Assembly: GCF_009914755.1 (NCBI RefSeq)
Contig: NC_060932.1
DNA: 64,000 bases
Direction: 5' to 3' (one strand)
Origin: the human T2T-CHM13v2.0 reference genome, Homo sapiens
Shown: piece after piece, positions 53,548 through 64,000 of the stretch
Layout of the letters: each line of letters begins with the position of its first letter
Numbering within the stretch: position 1 is the first letter of the stretch
Notes under the pieces: model-generated
What the model saw: only the letters and a program-made list of their open reading frames with translations
The model's database searches: none
What the model was told of the DNA's origin: nothing
Translations under genes and position numbers: made by a program

Positions 53548-54094
53548 GTGATGGTCCAAAGTGGTACCAACTGGTTGCACAGAGGGCATCAACACAAAGT
53601 CATGCCTTCTGTTGATGGCTGACATGGCTTAATAAAAGACCCTGAGACCCCAGAAACACTGACCTGGCCTCTTGACTCTATTTTTATTTACCTGGCTGCC
53701 CACCTAACCCCAGTTATTCTCCCCTTTCCCTTCATCTTATGCCTGCCACATATGAGAAATCTGGAAAAGACATGAGAAAATATGTAATGACTTGTAGAAA
53801 GTCATGCCATCTTCTGCAGCTGGGAGGTTGGGCTCTTAGATTCATCTTGGGTTGGAAGAGAATTGGACCTGAACAGCCTTTCCATGTATTCTCACAAAAC
53901 CTCTCGCAGGAATCCACGGATTCACTAGAGGTATGTGAAGAGGAGGAGGATGTTGATGAGGATGAAAACTGACATGCAAATTTAAACTTCTACCTCTAGA
54001 AAGCACTGGCAAAAAGTAAAGGCACAAGTCAAGAACACGGAAAAAAATCAAGTACTTCCAATGACATTGGCACCAGGACTTCTGGAAAAGCAGT

Positions 54095-54270
54095 GAGGAG
54101 ACAGGGCTTTGAATAGAGCCCAAGCTTTGTGGTCAGGCACAGTTGGACTCTGGACGGGCCACTCATAGGCTATACCACTATGCACATCTCAGCTTCCTTG
54201 TCTCTAACTGGGACAAAAATAGCTATTTTAATATGTTGTTGTGGGGATTAAATGAGATAACCCATCTGCT
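54095..54270 (+). mobile_element. MIR fragment
   Basis: gttgttgtggggattaaatgagataa. Confidence 0.6.
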
Positions 54271-55014
54271 ACTCCAGAAAAGTGTAACTATTTTTTCCCT
54301 CTGTTCCCTTTATTTTTGTTAGGATGGCCTTGATGAGAATAACATGGCTCAGAACCCACTTTTCAACCTGAAGATAATTTCTGCAGGAACAATGATGTTT
54401 GAAAGCTTACCATGAAATCTGCCACTCAGTGAATTCAACTTCTTTCTAGAAGGTTCATTACTAAGGGCATTTTTGAGTATCCTCAGTGCCTGGCACTGAA
54501 TTGGAAGTTACTTTTTCCCAACCTAAATACATAGTTTAGAAGTAGTTCAATGTCCATCGTGGGGAAAACATATAGTTAATATTGAGATAAAGCCTTGAAA
54601 GATGAGTAAACCCTTCTCTCCCTGATGGGCAATGCTCCAGTTGGTGCAATTCAGCTGTCCTGAGCTAGGCCACACTGAAAGATTATGATCCCAGAGTTCC
54701 CCAGAACTGCATAGGGTAAGCTGGATCTGGACTGAGGATCGGCTCACAACAAACAGTTTGTTCATTTGCAGTGGGAAGAGACAGTTGTCACTTTAAGAGG
54801 AATTGGATGAGCCAGGGTGAAACAAAGAGCCCCTAAAGTGCTCCATGAAAAAATTAATGGGGATGGGGGATATTGAGAGTTGCCCCAAAGCAGGAGTGGT
54901 ATGAGGAAGAGAAGGGCAGTGATATGGATGGGGCAGGAGGCCAGGGCCAGCACTCTAACAAGGAAAGCAAGGGGGAAAATTTGCAGAAAGAAATTTTCTG
55001 TTCCAGGTATGAGA

Positions 55015-55340
55015 ACAGAGGACCACACTTTGTTCAGATTTCCTTAGTGTTTACTTAATATCCTTTTTCCATCCCAGGATCCCATCTAGGATACCACATT
55101 ACATTTATCATTATGTCTCCATAGGCTCCTCTTGGCTGTGACTGTTTCTCAGACTTGCCTCGCTTTTGATGACCTTGAGAGTTTTGGAAAGTCCTGCTAA
55201 GGCATATCATAGGACGGCCCTCTGTTGCAAGCTGTCTGATGTTTTTCTATACTTAGACTGAGGTTAGGGGTTTGAATGAAATAGACTTCAGAGGCAAAGT
55301 GCCATTTTCATCATGTCATATCAAAGGTGCATATTCCCCA
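55015..55340 (-). mobile_element. L1MC-like 3' fragment
   Basis: ccaggatcccatctaggataccacatt...gtttctcagacttgcc...gtgccattttcatcatgtcatatcaa. Confidence 0.75.
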
Positions 55341-56066
55341 GGATAATTTTTAAAAGAAAACTAATATTTAACCCTAAACTATCTATGTGCTACTGTCCCC
55401 CAACTGGTATCCACAAAGAACTAGGAATGTCCACTGCACACAAATGCCATGTATGAGAATTGTTTGGGGTAAACCAAGGAGAAGAAGCTGGTGGTGGGTT
55501 CACACAGAAAACAGAGGGGAAGAGCCACAGGTGAGACAGATGTGTGACCAAGAGTTCTGGAGCAACCAGAAATCAGAGCAAGAGTGGACCATGAGACCAC
55601 AAGCTTCTAACGTTGCAGAGCACCTAGGATAGAGTTCAACTCCTTTTTATATATCAAAGAATCAGGCAACCCCAGGTAACATCTGAGTTACAAATTCTTC
55701 TGCACTTCACGTATTTATTGAACAGCTACTATGAGTCACGCACTGTACCAGGTGCTGAGAGCTGGGGAAAGACATAAAGATGAATCAAATGCTTTTCCTT
55801 CTCTAAAGACCCTTAAGGAAATATAAACGCTACCAGCCTGATAATCCTTCTAGTCTTGCACTTGCTCCATTCTTTCATCAGTTTATTATCTTCACAAGAT
55901 CCCAGGGTCACACAAGAGCTATGTTAACAAGTGGCCAGGGGCAAGAACTTTAGCTCTCCCTGCCCTCAATAATCCTCCCCAAAGCCAGTCCAAATTTTAT
56001 TTAAAAGTATTCCTTGATATAATTAATTTCCACTTTACCAATTTCCCATTTTATCAATTTTCATTT

Positions 56067-56112
56067 CATTGAAAGTAATGGCAAAACCCGCAATTACTTT
56101 TGCACCAACCTA
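56067..56112. mobile_element. MADE1 (HSMAR1-derived MITE), one TIR only
   Basis: cattgaaagtaatggcaaaacccgcaattacttttgcaccaaccta. Confidence 0.9.
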
Positions 56113-57158
56113 GTATAAATAAAAGCATATTTGGAAGACTTTTTAAATTTTATGATCTTTGATATATAAACTAAGAAAAGCTGTGTGTTTCCTTTGCAAA
56201 TTTACCTTCATGAAAAGTCCCTGTCCCATTCTCTATCCCCAGCTAAAAGATTACTGCCCCAAACCCCCTTCTATGTGGAAATTCTGGAGCCACCCCATGT
56301 GACATAGGGAGGCAGTATATTATCATGGCCCTTTGACAAGAAAATACAAGCACAGAAAGGACAGGCACTTGCTCAAGCATGTGGGATGTCATGTAAGCCA
56401 AGTACACAACAGGGATCAGAACAACTTTGATCCTGCCTGCTGAAGCCGCTCCCTTAAAAAATATATAATAGCCTAAATGCTTACATGACTAGCTCTGACA
56501 CATAAGCTGATACAAGCAAACATACAATGAAACTTTCTGCAATTTTTGTGTGTGTTCAAAACAGCAATAAAAGATACTAAAATAACTAACAACATGCCGA
56601 CAAGGGGTAACTGCTATTCTAGAAATTATACATACATTCAGGGTAGAAAGATCTATGGGAAAACACCTTAGTTATGCCAGAAAGGACAGGAAATGGAAAA
56701 ATAGCACCTCTGGGCATAAGCCAGTACTAATATTTTGAAATGAAACAAAATATGCCCCATCTATGTAAGCACTAAATACAGATACTACATATACTGAATC
56801 AACGCAATTGACACATATACAAAACACCATAGAACATTTGAGCAAGACAGAACCTTAGGTCATCTCAACCAGAGGTTTTTCAATGCTTCTTAAGTCTTAG
56901 AACCTTATGTACAAATGAAATATTATAAAGATAAACATTACATTGGTTGGGTGAATTGGCCCAGTGACCCCTTTGGCTCTAAGGGGATCAAATAAACTTT
57001 GTTTGAAAACCACTTCTCTAATCCAATTTCCTTATTTTACAGGACTATTTGAAAATACGCCAAGAGTAAGAAAAAATTGTGTGTACTGGTGCAGTGAGGG
57101 GTGTTTTACTCACAGCTTTATTTCTTCGTGTTCCAGAAGTTTGCCATAGCTGCAAAGG

Positions 57159-57332
57159 CAGTGCTTCTCAAACTTCAGTGTGTATAGGAATCACTTGGAG
57201 AGCTGTTGAACTATGGCTCTCTAAGCCCCACCCCCGGAGATGCTGATTTAGAAGGTTGGGGTGTGGTCATAGATTTGCACGTCTAATCAGCTCCCAGGTG
57301 CTACTGCTGGGGCCTCACTGTGAGTGTCACTG
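57159..57332. mobile_element. MER5A MITE
   Basis: cagtgcttctcaaactt...gaatcacttggagagc...cagctcccaggtgct...cactg. Confidence 0.8.
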
Positions 57333-57689
57333 TACTTAAGAAAAGCCTACAGAAACGGCCTTGCTCTGTTGGAAAATGGAGGCACCAAAAATAACCCTTG
57401 TAAGGCTCCTGTGCCCAACACACCAAGGTGCTTGCAACTACTAGCATTTGTTCAGGTGACTGAATTTGTGAGACCTCTACGATTTAAGGTTAGCTGCTGC
57501 AAGTGAGCAGCAACTTACATTGGCAATATCACTTCTCCTCCTTGGGACAGTGCAGAGGTTCACCTTCCAAAGCTCTCACATAAATGTCCTTATTTTAATA
57601 TGGGATTTTCACACTTTCCAGGCTTTCTGTTCCTCTGGTGGGCTTCTGTGGAGAGTATGCAAGCTGTGTTTTCTATCTTCTTTTTTACC

Positions 57690-58172
57690 TTATATCTTCT
57701 CTTTGTATTTCACCTTCACTCTCCAACCTATTCTATCCTGCTCTGGGCCTTGTACAATTGACCCTTATGGACCAAAGCAATGGTTCCCTTATGTCTTGAC
57801 TGCTGGTTGGGTTGTACTCATAGAAGGCATTGGCAGGAGATTGGGAGGTGGAAGAAAAGTATGCACTCCCCCAGCTTCCTCCTGCCAAGATGCCGTGGAT
57901 TCGCTATACTCCATTACCATTTTCACAGCTCCTTTTAAGTGGCCAACTCTTTACAGCTCTTCTCTGTGGGTTCTGGTAACTCTCCAGGCCTTACCCTTCA
58001 GGACTAGAGGGAGTAAAGGCTCTCAGCTGTAGCTAGCCCTGGGTGCTGCACTATCTCTAAATGATTTCTATAAACCCTGCCCTCACTTTCACAAGTCACC
58101 CCTTTGTTAAATTCTCCTCAAATTACCCATTTGAGAGTGCCTGCCACCTCCTGTTGTGACCTTGGCTGGTAC
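57690..58172 (+). mobile_element. LTR33-family solo LTR
   Basis: ggcaggagattgggaggtgga...ccctttgttaaattctcctcaaattaccc...tggtaca. Confidence 0.72.
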
Positions 58173-58544
58173 ACAAGCAATGTCTCTTTGAATGTTCTCC
58201 TGAGGGACCTGGGACTGGGGACCCCCCGACTAATAACGACCTACTCTCCCTGTGCTAACTTCAATTTAGCAAAACTCCCCTCCCCTTCCCTCACTCACAC
58301 AGGGATGAAAAGATAAAATAATTTATTTGACCTCAATTTACAATTTTGGGAACTCCAATGTTCATATCCAGGCTAGTTGTAGCATTTGATGTATGCAATA
58401 GCTTAAATACCCAAAGGAATATACAAAATAAATTGTACACATAGATTCTTTTAGATTTTATTTGAAGCTTTTTTTATGGTTTGCCAAGTATTTTAAAGGC
58501 TGATTCTTTCATTAGGAGAATGCCTGTCATTGAATAAACATTAT

Positions 58545-58760
58545 CTATTATTCAACAATATAAACTAAGCTCCTACTATGTGTCAGGCACTTGGTCAGAC
58601 CCAGTGTATACCCAGGTGCACAGTCTACCCCCCTGCCCTCATGGACATTACAGTCTAGCAAAGAAGGGAAATACTTAAAAATGAATCACAAAGTTTATTC
58701 TTAAATTACTACTGTGGTAAGTGCTATGAAGGAGAAACACAGACACTATGAGAGCATCCA
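58545..58760 (-). mobile_element. L2 3' end
   Basis: cctactatgtgtcaggcac...cctgccctcatggacattacagtctag. Confidence 0.8.
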
Positions 58761-58968
58761 AGGCAAAGGGGCAGGAGTGAGGAAAGAGGAAGTGGGGGCC
58801 AGGGACAGTGCCAGGAAGTTAGGGAGGGCCCCTGACCATGCCTAGGAAATAGCAGGCTTACGTGGAGATACTTCATCTCACCATGATCTTTTCTGAATCT
58901 TCTCCTGATATAAATTTAAATTTAAAGAGAAACAAAGACATTAAAAATGTGAGTTCTTTGGCAAAGAA

Positions 58969-59050
58969 AAATGGTTATTTCTCCTTTCCATCTTTTCATT
59001 ACCTCTCTCTCAGCAGGTAATGAAAAGATGGAAAGGAGAAATAACCATTT
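58969..59050. repeat. Perfect 36-bp inverted repeat with a 10-nt spacer
   Basis: aaatggttatttctcctttccatcttttcattacct (58969-59004), spacer ctctctcagc, then the exact reverse complement (59015-59050). Confidence 0.98.
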
Positions 59051-60229
59051 GCCCAGCATGAAGCATTACCCAGAATTTTTTTTTACAGTGAAAAAAAAAA
59101 GAAAAATATTGTGGTTATTACATGTGTTTTCGCACTAGGAGAACAAGTCTCCATTTTCTATTTTTGTCCTAAACTATATTTATTCAACATTCACACTCTA
59201 TGTTTGGATACCTCTGCTGAAAAGTTAAAAGTATTCTAAGAGAATTGGGAGATTTTTTTCCATCCCTTAGGACATTTTTGTGGGAATTTTTGTTGTTAAG
59301 TTCCCCGAAGAAATTTTCTAAGTACTCAAATTGCTAAAAGGCATTTAAAAATGAACTAATTTTCAAATTAGCTGAATGTTCAAGCAGCAAACTTGTTATT
59401 AACATGGGGCTTGGCCCCTTAGACACTTCCTGCTCTTACTCTGTTTCAAGCAGACATCCCATTAAAGGCCACACAGTTGTGAACACTCAAGGACAACTCC
59501 ACCATCCGTCCTTCCAGGTGCACCCACTCTGCCCTGAGCATTTCTGGGGGCTGCAATCCTTAGACAGCTCTCAACCAGACTCTGGCACCAGCACAGACAG
59601 GTATCTGCCCTTCCATTTTGTTGACAAATTCCTCCTTTATGACACACACAGCGATCCTTTCAGAGTGTTTAGATTTTTATCCTAGCTCAGACAGGCCACT
59701 GGGCATATTACTTACTTTCATGAAGGCCCTGATACTTAAGATGGTCTTCAATTATTTAAAGGCTGAAAGAACTCTAGGTAAGTCACGGTACATAGAGCAG
59801 GAAATGAGCAAGCCCAGGGGCTTTGTCTCCTCTCCTCTTCCTTCTCTCCGCCCTCAGTGCCCCCTCCCCAACAAGCCCCTTGTCCCCTCTCAGCAGCTTC
59901 TTTTTTAAGGTAGATGTGCCTCGTCCATACAGCAACCAGTGACCCGAATATAAATATTGTGCCCACCCCCGAGAAGTGCATATGCCTGCTTGTCAGTCAC
60001 ACTACGCAGGCTGATTTTTCAAGTTAAAAAAATATGATTACTGTACTTATGTATCCCAACTATGTTTACCTCTTTTTTCCCCTTTGCTAATTTAAACAGA
60101 ACCTTTTATCCTTTAGTTAAGCAAATGGCAATTAAGAGCACTTGTATCATAATCAAGGTCGAACTATTTCCACATCCTTCATCCAGGCTCCCAGAGATTA
60201 TCACCATCCTCACTCTCATTACTGACACG

Positions 60230-60655
60230 GATTAAGGGTCAGATCCTGTCCTAAGTGCTTTACATAAATTGTATTTCATTTTATCTTCCTATGAATTCTG
60301 CAAGGTGAAGACTATTATTCTCCACATTATACAACTGAGGAAACTGAAGCACTAAGAAAGTAAGTTACCTGGGTAATAAATGGAAGACCTGGGAGGTCAG
60401 CCCAGATCTGCCTGATTCTACAGCCCAGTCTCTACACCATGATGATATTTGTCAAAATGGAACTCAACCCTTCAACTGAAGCATGCATAATGTGTGCAGG
60501 TGGTGGTGGTGGTGGTGGTGAGGACACTGTTTTTATAGTAGCCTCTAACATGCATGAGGGGGCAGGCAGACTGCTTGTCTTATTCACCATGGATCCTCAT
60601 CACTTAGCACAAGGGCTTGGCACAAAGTAGGAGATCAACAAATGTGTGCTGAGGA
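60230..60655. mobile_element. MIR (minus, 60230-60440) and L2 tail (plus, 60540-60655)
   Basis: gaggaaactgaagcac (MIR) and cttagcacaagggcttggcacaaagtaggagatcaacaaatg (L2). Confidence 0.7.
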
Positions 60656-62439
60656 GAGGGAGGAAGAAAGCAAGAAACGAAGAAAGGAAGGCAGGCAAGC
60701 TCTCCAAAGGAAAACAGTGTTTGATAAAAATCAGTGTTGGGTAAAAAGCAGATAGCAATACATAACTGTCTGAAGCTCAATTCCTGGATCTGAATGCTAT
60801 GGCCCTTTAAGAAACAAGGAAGCAGTTTTTCAGTAGTTCAGAGTAATGAACAAGATGGGGAGCAAACTATTAATCAAATGGTAGACTACTCAGATCAATC
60901 AGATCAGCCCACATACAAACAGGCAAGAAATGCTCAGAGAGCCAAACCCCAGAGAAGCAGAAGGCAGATTTTCATTCCAGAAGATTCCAAGAGTGGGGCT
61001 GGGCAGATGACCACTGGCAGGGGGACACTGGGAGCAACCCCAAAGACTAGTAAGTAATCAGGAGGGCATCTTTCAGGTAGCAGGCATTCTGGAGAAATTT
61101 CTTTTTGCTAAAACCTAACAAGGCTCATAAGGCCAGCCCTCAAAGTATGGCGAAGAATGCATTCTACACCAAGAATGACTTATCATTCATTACACTGTTC
61201 ATTGCATGTCTACCACACTGGATGCTGGGGACAGAGTAATGAACAAAGACAACGTTCCTACTCTTAGGCAGCTTACAACAAATCGGCAAATATGCATGAG
61301 AAATATCAGGAAATAAGTGCTATGCAGAGAATAAAAATAGAGTCCTATAGCACTCTTGGAGCTTACAGCAAATCAACAAGTAACCATGAGAAATCTCAGG
61401 ATGGGAAGAGGCATCTGCAGAGAAACCATGCTACTCACTTTAAAATAACACAGAAGAAAAACAAGAAGTCATTCTGAGTTTTCTCAGTAAAGCCAAAAGC
61501 TACAATCTCTTCTTCTTCCTGGAATTTATAGACATAGTTTTCCTTTCAGAATGCTGAAAGAAGTGTGATTGAGTTAGACTGTAACAGCTCAAATCATTAT
61601 AAAACAGAGCAAGAGCAACAAATAGAAAAAAGTGAAGAAATCCCTATCGACAGTGTTAAGGATGGATTCTGCAAGCCTCGGTCATTCTGGCAACTAACCG
61701 ACTTTCCCAGCCAGTCTAGATGCCCCAGAGACCCTGTTAGCTTCAAGGAAAGGTGAAAATCAGAAACTCAGCCAGGATAGTCCTTGTGTTACATCAGGGC
61801 CTGAGGGGCCTCATGAGCTCACTCACAGGAGGATAGGGTGGTGGTGGTCCTGTGAAGGCTTGGCAGCTCTGAGGGGCAAAAACACAGTGCTGAGCCAAGG
61901 CCAAAATGGGGGTGGGGGCAGGGGGCACTGGTTGATTCCACATCAGCCTTGGCATCCCTGGAAGCCATGTACAGTGGCCAGGACAACAAAAGTAGTGCCT
62001 ACAGCACTCAGACAATGGCCTTGCTCTCTCACCAAAGGGGAAAATATACAACCCCAAAACCCCACTCCCTATCTTCTCCCTGCCCACTCAACAAGGAAAA
62101 GTGGAGGTGGGGCGCACATTAGATGCTGTGTCACAGTTATGCCATGTCTTCTGGCACAGGCAGCGTTTTACTGAAGGGGGAGGCATGCACAGTGCAAACC
62201 TTTTTTAGCCCCCAAAGAAGAACTATGTCACAGTTAAGCAAGGAGGCCGGATTTATTCTGTGGGCACTGCAGAGGGGCTGCAGGTTTTTAAAAGGGCTAG
62301 GATCAGACCCACGCTTCGCAAGAGAAAGACTATTGGCGAAGGGTCTCAGGATACATAGAGAAAACTGAACAAGAAGGCAAAGTATCTGGAAACAGTGAAA
62401 AATGAGGAATAGCCAAAAGGACTGGGGAAGAAAAGAAAA

Positions 62440-62680
62440 CTTAGGGGACACAAAATAATCCTTTTCACGTATTTCAAGGGCTCATCTTTGGAAGACGGTT
62501 TTACATTTCTCTACAAGGAAAGAATTCAAATAGAAGCTCAAGGGGGCAGGGATAGATTTCACCTGAAGACTAAACAAAAGTACTTTCTGATGACTAATGC
62601 TGTGCAAAAATAGAGCAGGTTACCCATGAAAGCAGTGAGTCACTGGCGGTATTCATGTACCATCCAGATTGCATAGCCAT
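62440..62680 (+). mobile_element. L3/CR1 3' remnant
   Basis: gtatttcaagggct...actttctgatgactaatgctgtgcaaaaatagagcaggttaccc...gcagtgag. Confidence 0.5.
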
Positions 62681-63700
62681 GAAGATCCCAGGCCATTTTA
62701 AGCCCTATTATTTATTGCTTTTCTTCTGTCATCCCTAAGGCCCTTCTAAGTCTATCCAAGTCCTACTCCTCCTTAAAAACCCAATTCAAGTTCCATCTCC
62801 AACTTGCTGCATGCTTTTCCACAACCATCTCTCTCTTTTCCAAATAAAGCACTTATTACCAGTACCAATTATCTGGAAGATAAGTACAGTTTTGTGGCAT
62901 TATTTCAATTAAACAGTCATTTAATTCTTGTATATCAATCACTTTTCATGGGTTTTATCTCTGCAATCAGATTAGCTCCTTGAAGGCAATAACCTCCTCT
63001 TATATTTCTCAAACTAGCTTTGCACATAGCAAATGGCCAACCCGTTGGTTTATTACCAGGTTTCCTTAGTGCCTATTCTGAAAAACTACAGGTCTCAGTA
63101 TAAATTTCTTGTATGCATACCTACAAGAAACCTTGTGGGTTCCTTCAGATGTCCTATCTTGATTATTTCATTTCCTGATTATAGCCAGTTATATTTTAGT
63201 TTTATTGAGTTAAATATTTCTTCCAATTAAAATAGTATTCTTCCACAATGTATTTTTAGAGAAGGGGAAAAAAGATTAAAACTTTTAATTAAAAACATTT
63301 TATAACCTTTCTTTCCATCACAAAATAAAAGGAATGGTTCAGCAGCAGAATGTCATCCAGAAAACCAGCTGCTTATGAAAGGATTAATTTTTCTCATGGC
63401 TGAATTAAACAAGTGCAATTAACAGTACTGATTTATTCTCCTGCCCAAAGGTTACTTTTGTGAATATTTGAATTCAAGACCAATGACAAATTAAAGTGAC
63501 CTTCAAATTAAATGGCCATAAGGAACTTCTCAGCTCCTGTGAATCTTTTTATGGCTACATCTGCTGAACCTGGCTTTTTAAGGAACTATAACCTATTTAT
63601 GTGAACATTTCTTTTTCTAAACAGTCTTCAGTGTATATGAATTCCAAGTCTCAAAGGGTAGTTCACGTCCTTATTTTGGGAGAAGGAGCCAGATTCATTC

Positions 63701-64000
63701 TGATATGAACGTTTTGTCCCCTACCAATCTCATGCTGAAATGTCAATGTTGGAAGTGGGGTCTTCTGGGTGGTGTTTGGGTCATGGGGATGGATCCCTAT
63801 GAATGGCTTGGTTCCCTCCTTGTGATAATGAGTGAGTTCTCCCGCTGAGTTCACGTGAGATCTGATTGTTGGAAAAAGTGTGGCACCTCCTCTGTCTCTT
63901 TCTTGCTCCCACTCTCATCATATGATGTGCTTGCTCCCCCTGTACCGTCCACCATCATTGTAAGCTTCCTGAGGCCTCATCAGAAGCCAAGCAGATGCTG
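63701..64000 (+). mobile_element. MSTA/B-like LTR running off the window end
   Basis: tttgggtcatggggatggatccc...gtaagcttcctgaggcctcatcagaagccaagcagatgctg. Confidence 0.9.

Noticed and set aside
56067-56112. MADE1 as a miR-548-type hairpin
   Set aside because: The left TIR is missing, so the long stem cannot form.

Overview
This 64-kb window is primate, most likely human, non-coding genomic DNA. It is AT-rich, CpG-depleted and heavily built from interspersed repeats. Recognised by eye: L1 (L1PA, L1M, HAL1), Alu/FLAM, L2, MIR, L3/CR1, MaLR/ERVL LTRs (MST, THE1, MLT1, LTR16, LTR33, MER21), and DNA transposons (near-full-length HSMAR2, MER1B, MER44A, MER5, MER63, MADE1/2). I found no cellular protein-coding gene, tRNA, rRNA, CpG island or CRISPR array. 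The only ORFs with recognisable homology are dead L1 ORF2 and mariner transposase pieces. Twelve of 13 called LTRs face the + strand, which hints at a large intron of a minus-strand gene (inference). The structure that repeat annotation does not explain is a set of short, locally templated copies: a perfect 36-bp inverted repeat (58969-59050), a 40-bp foldback in an L2 (7387-7505), and direct copies of 147, about 120 and 34 bp placed 0.2-1.7 kb from their partners. Other leads are a THE1 LTR with the CCTCCCT hotspot core and a splice donor, a dense TF-motif cluster at 31.7-31.9 kb, and a purine tract with a 48-bp higher-order unit. I cannot support a claim of a new biological system. Subfamily names are recalled from consensus sequences, and boundaries of old repeats are approximate.
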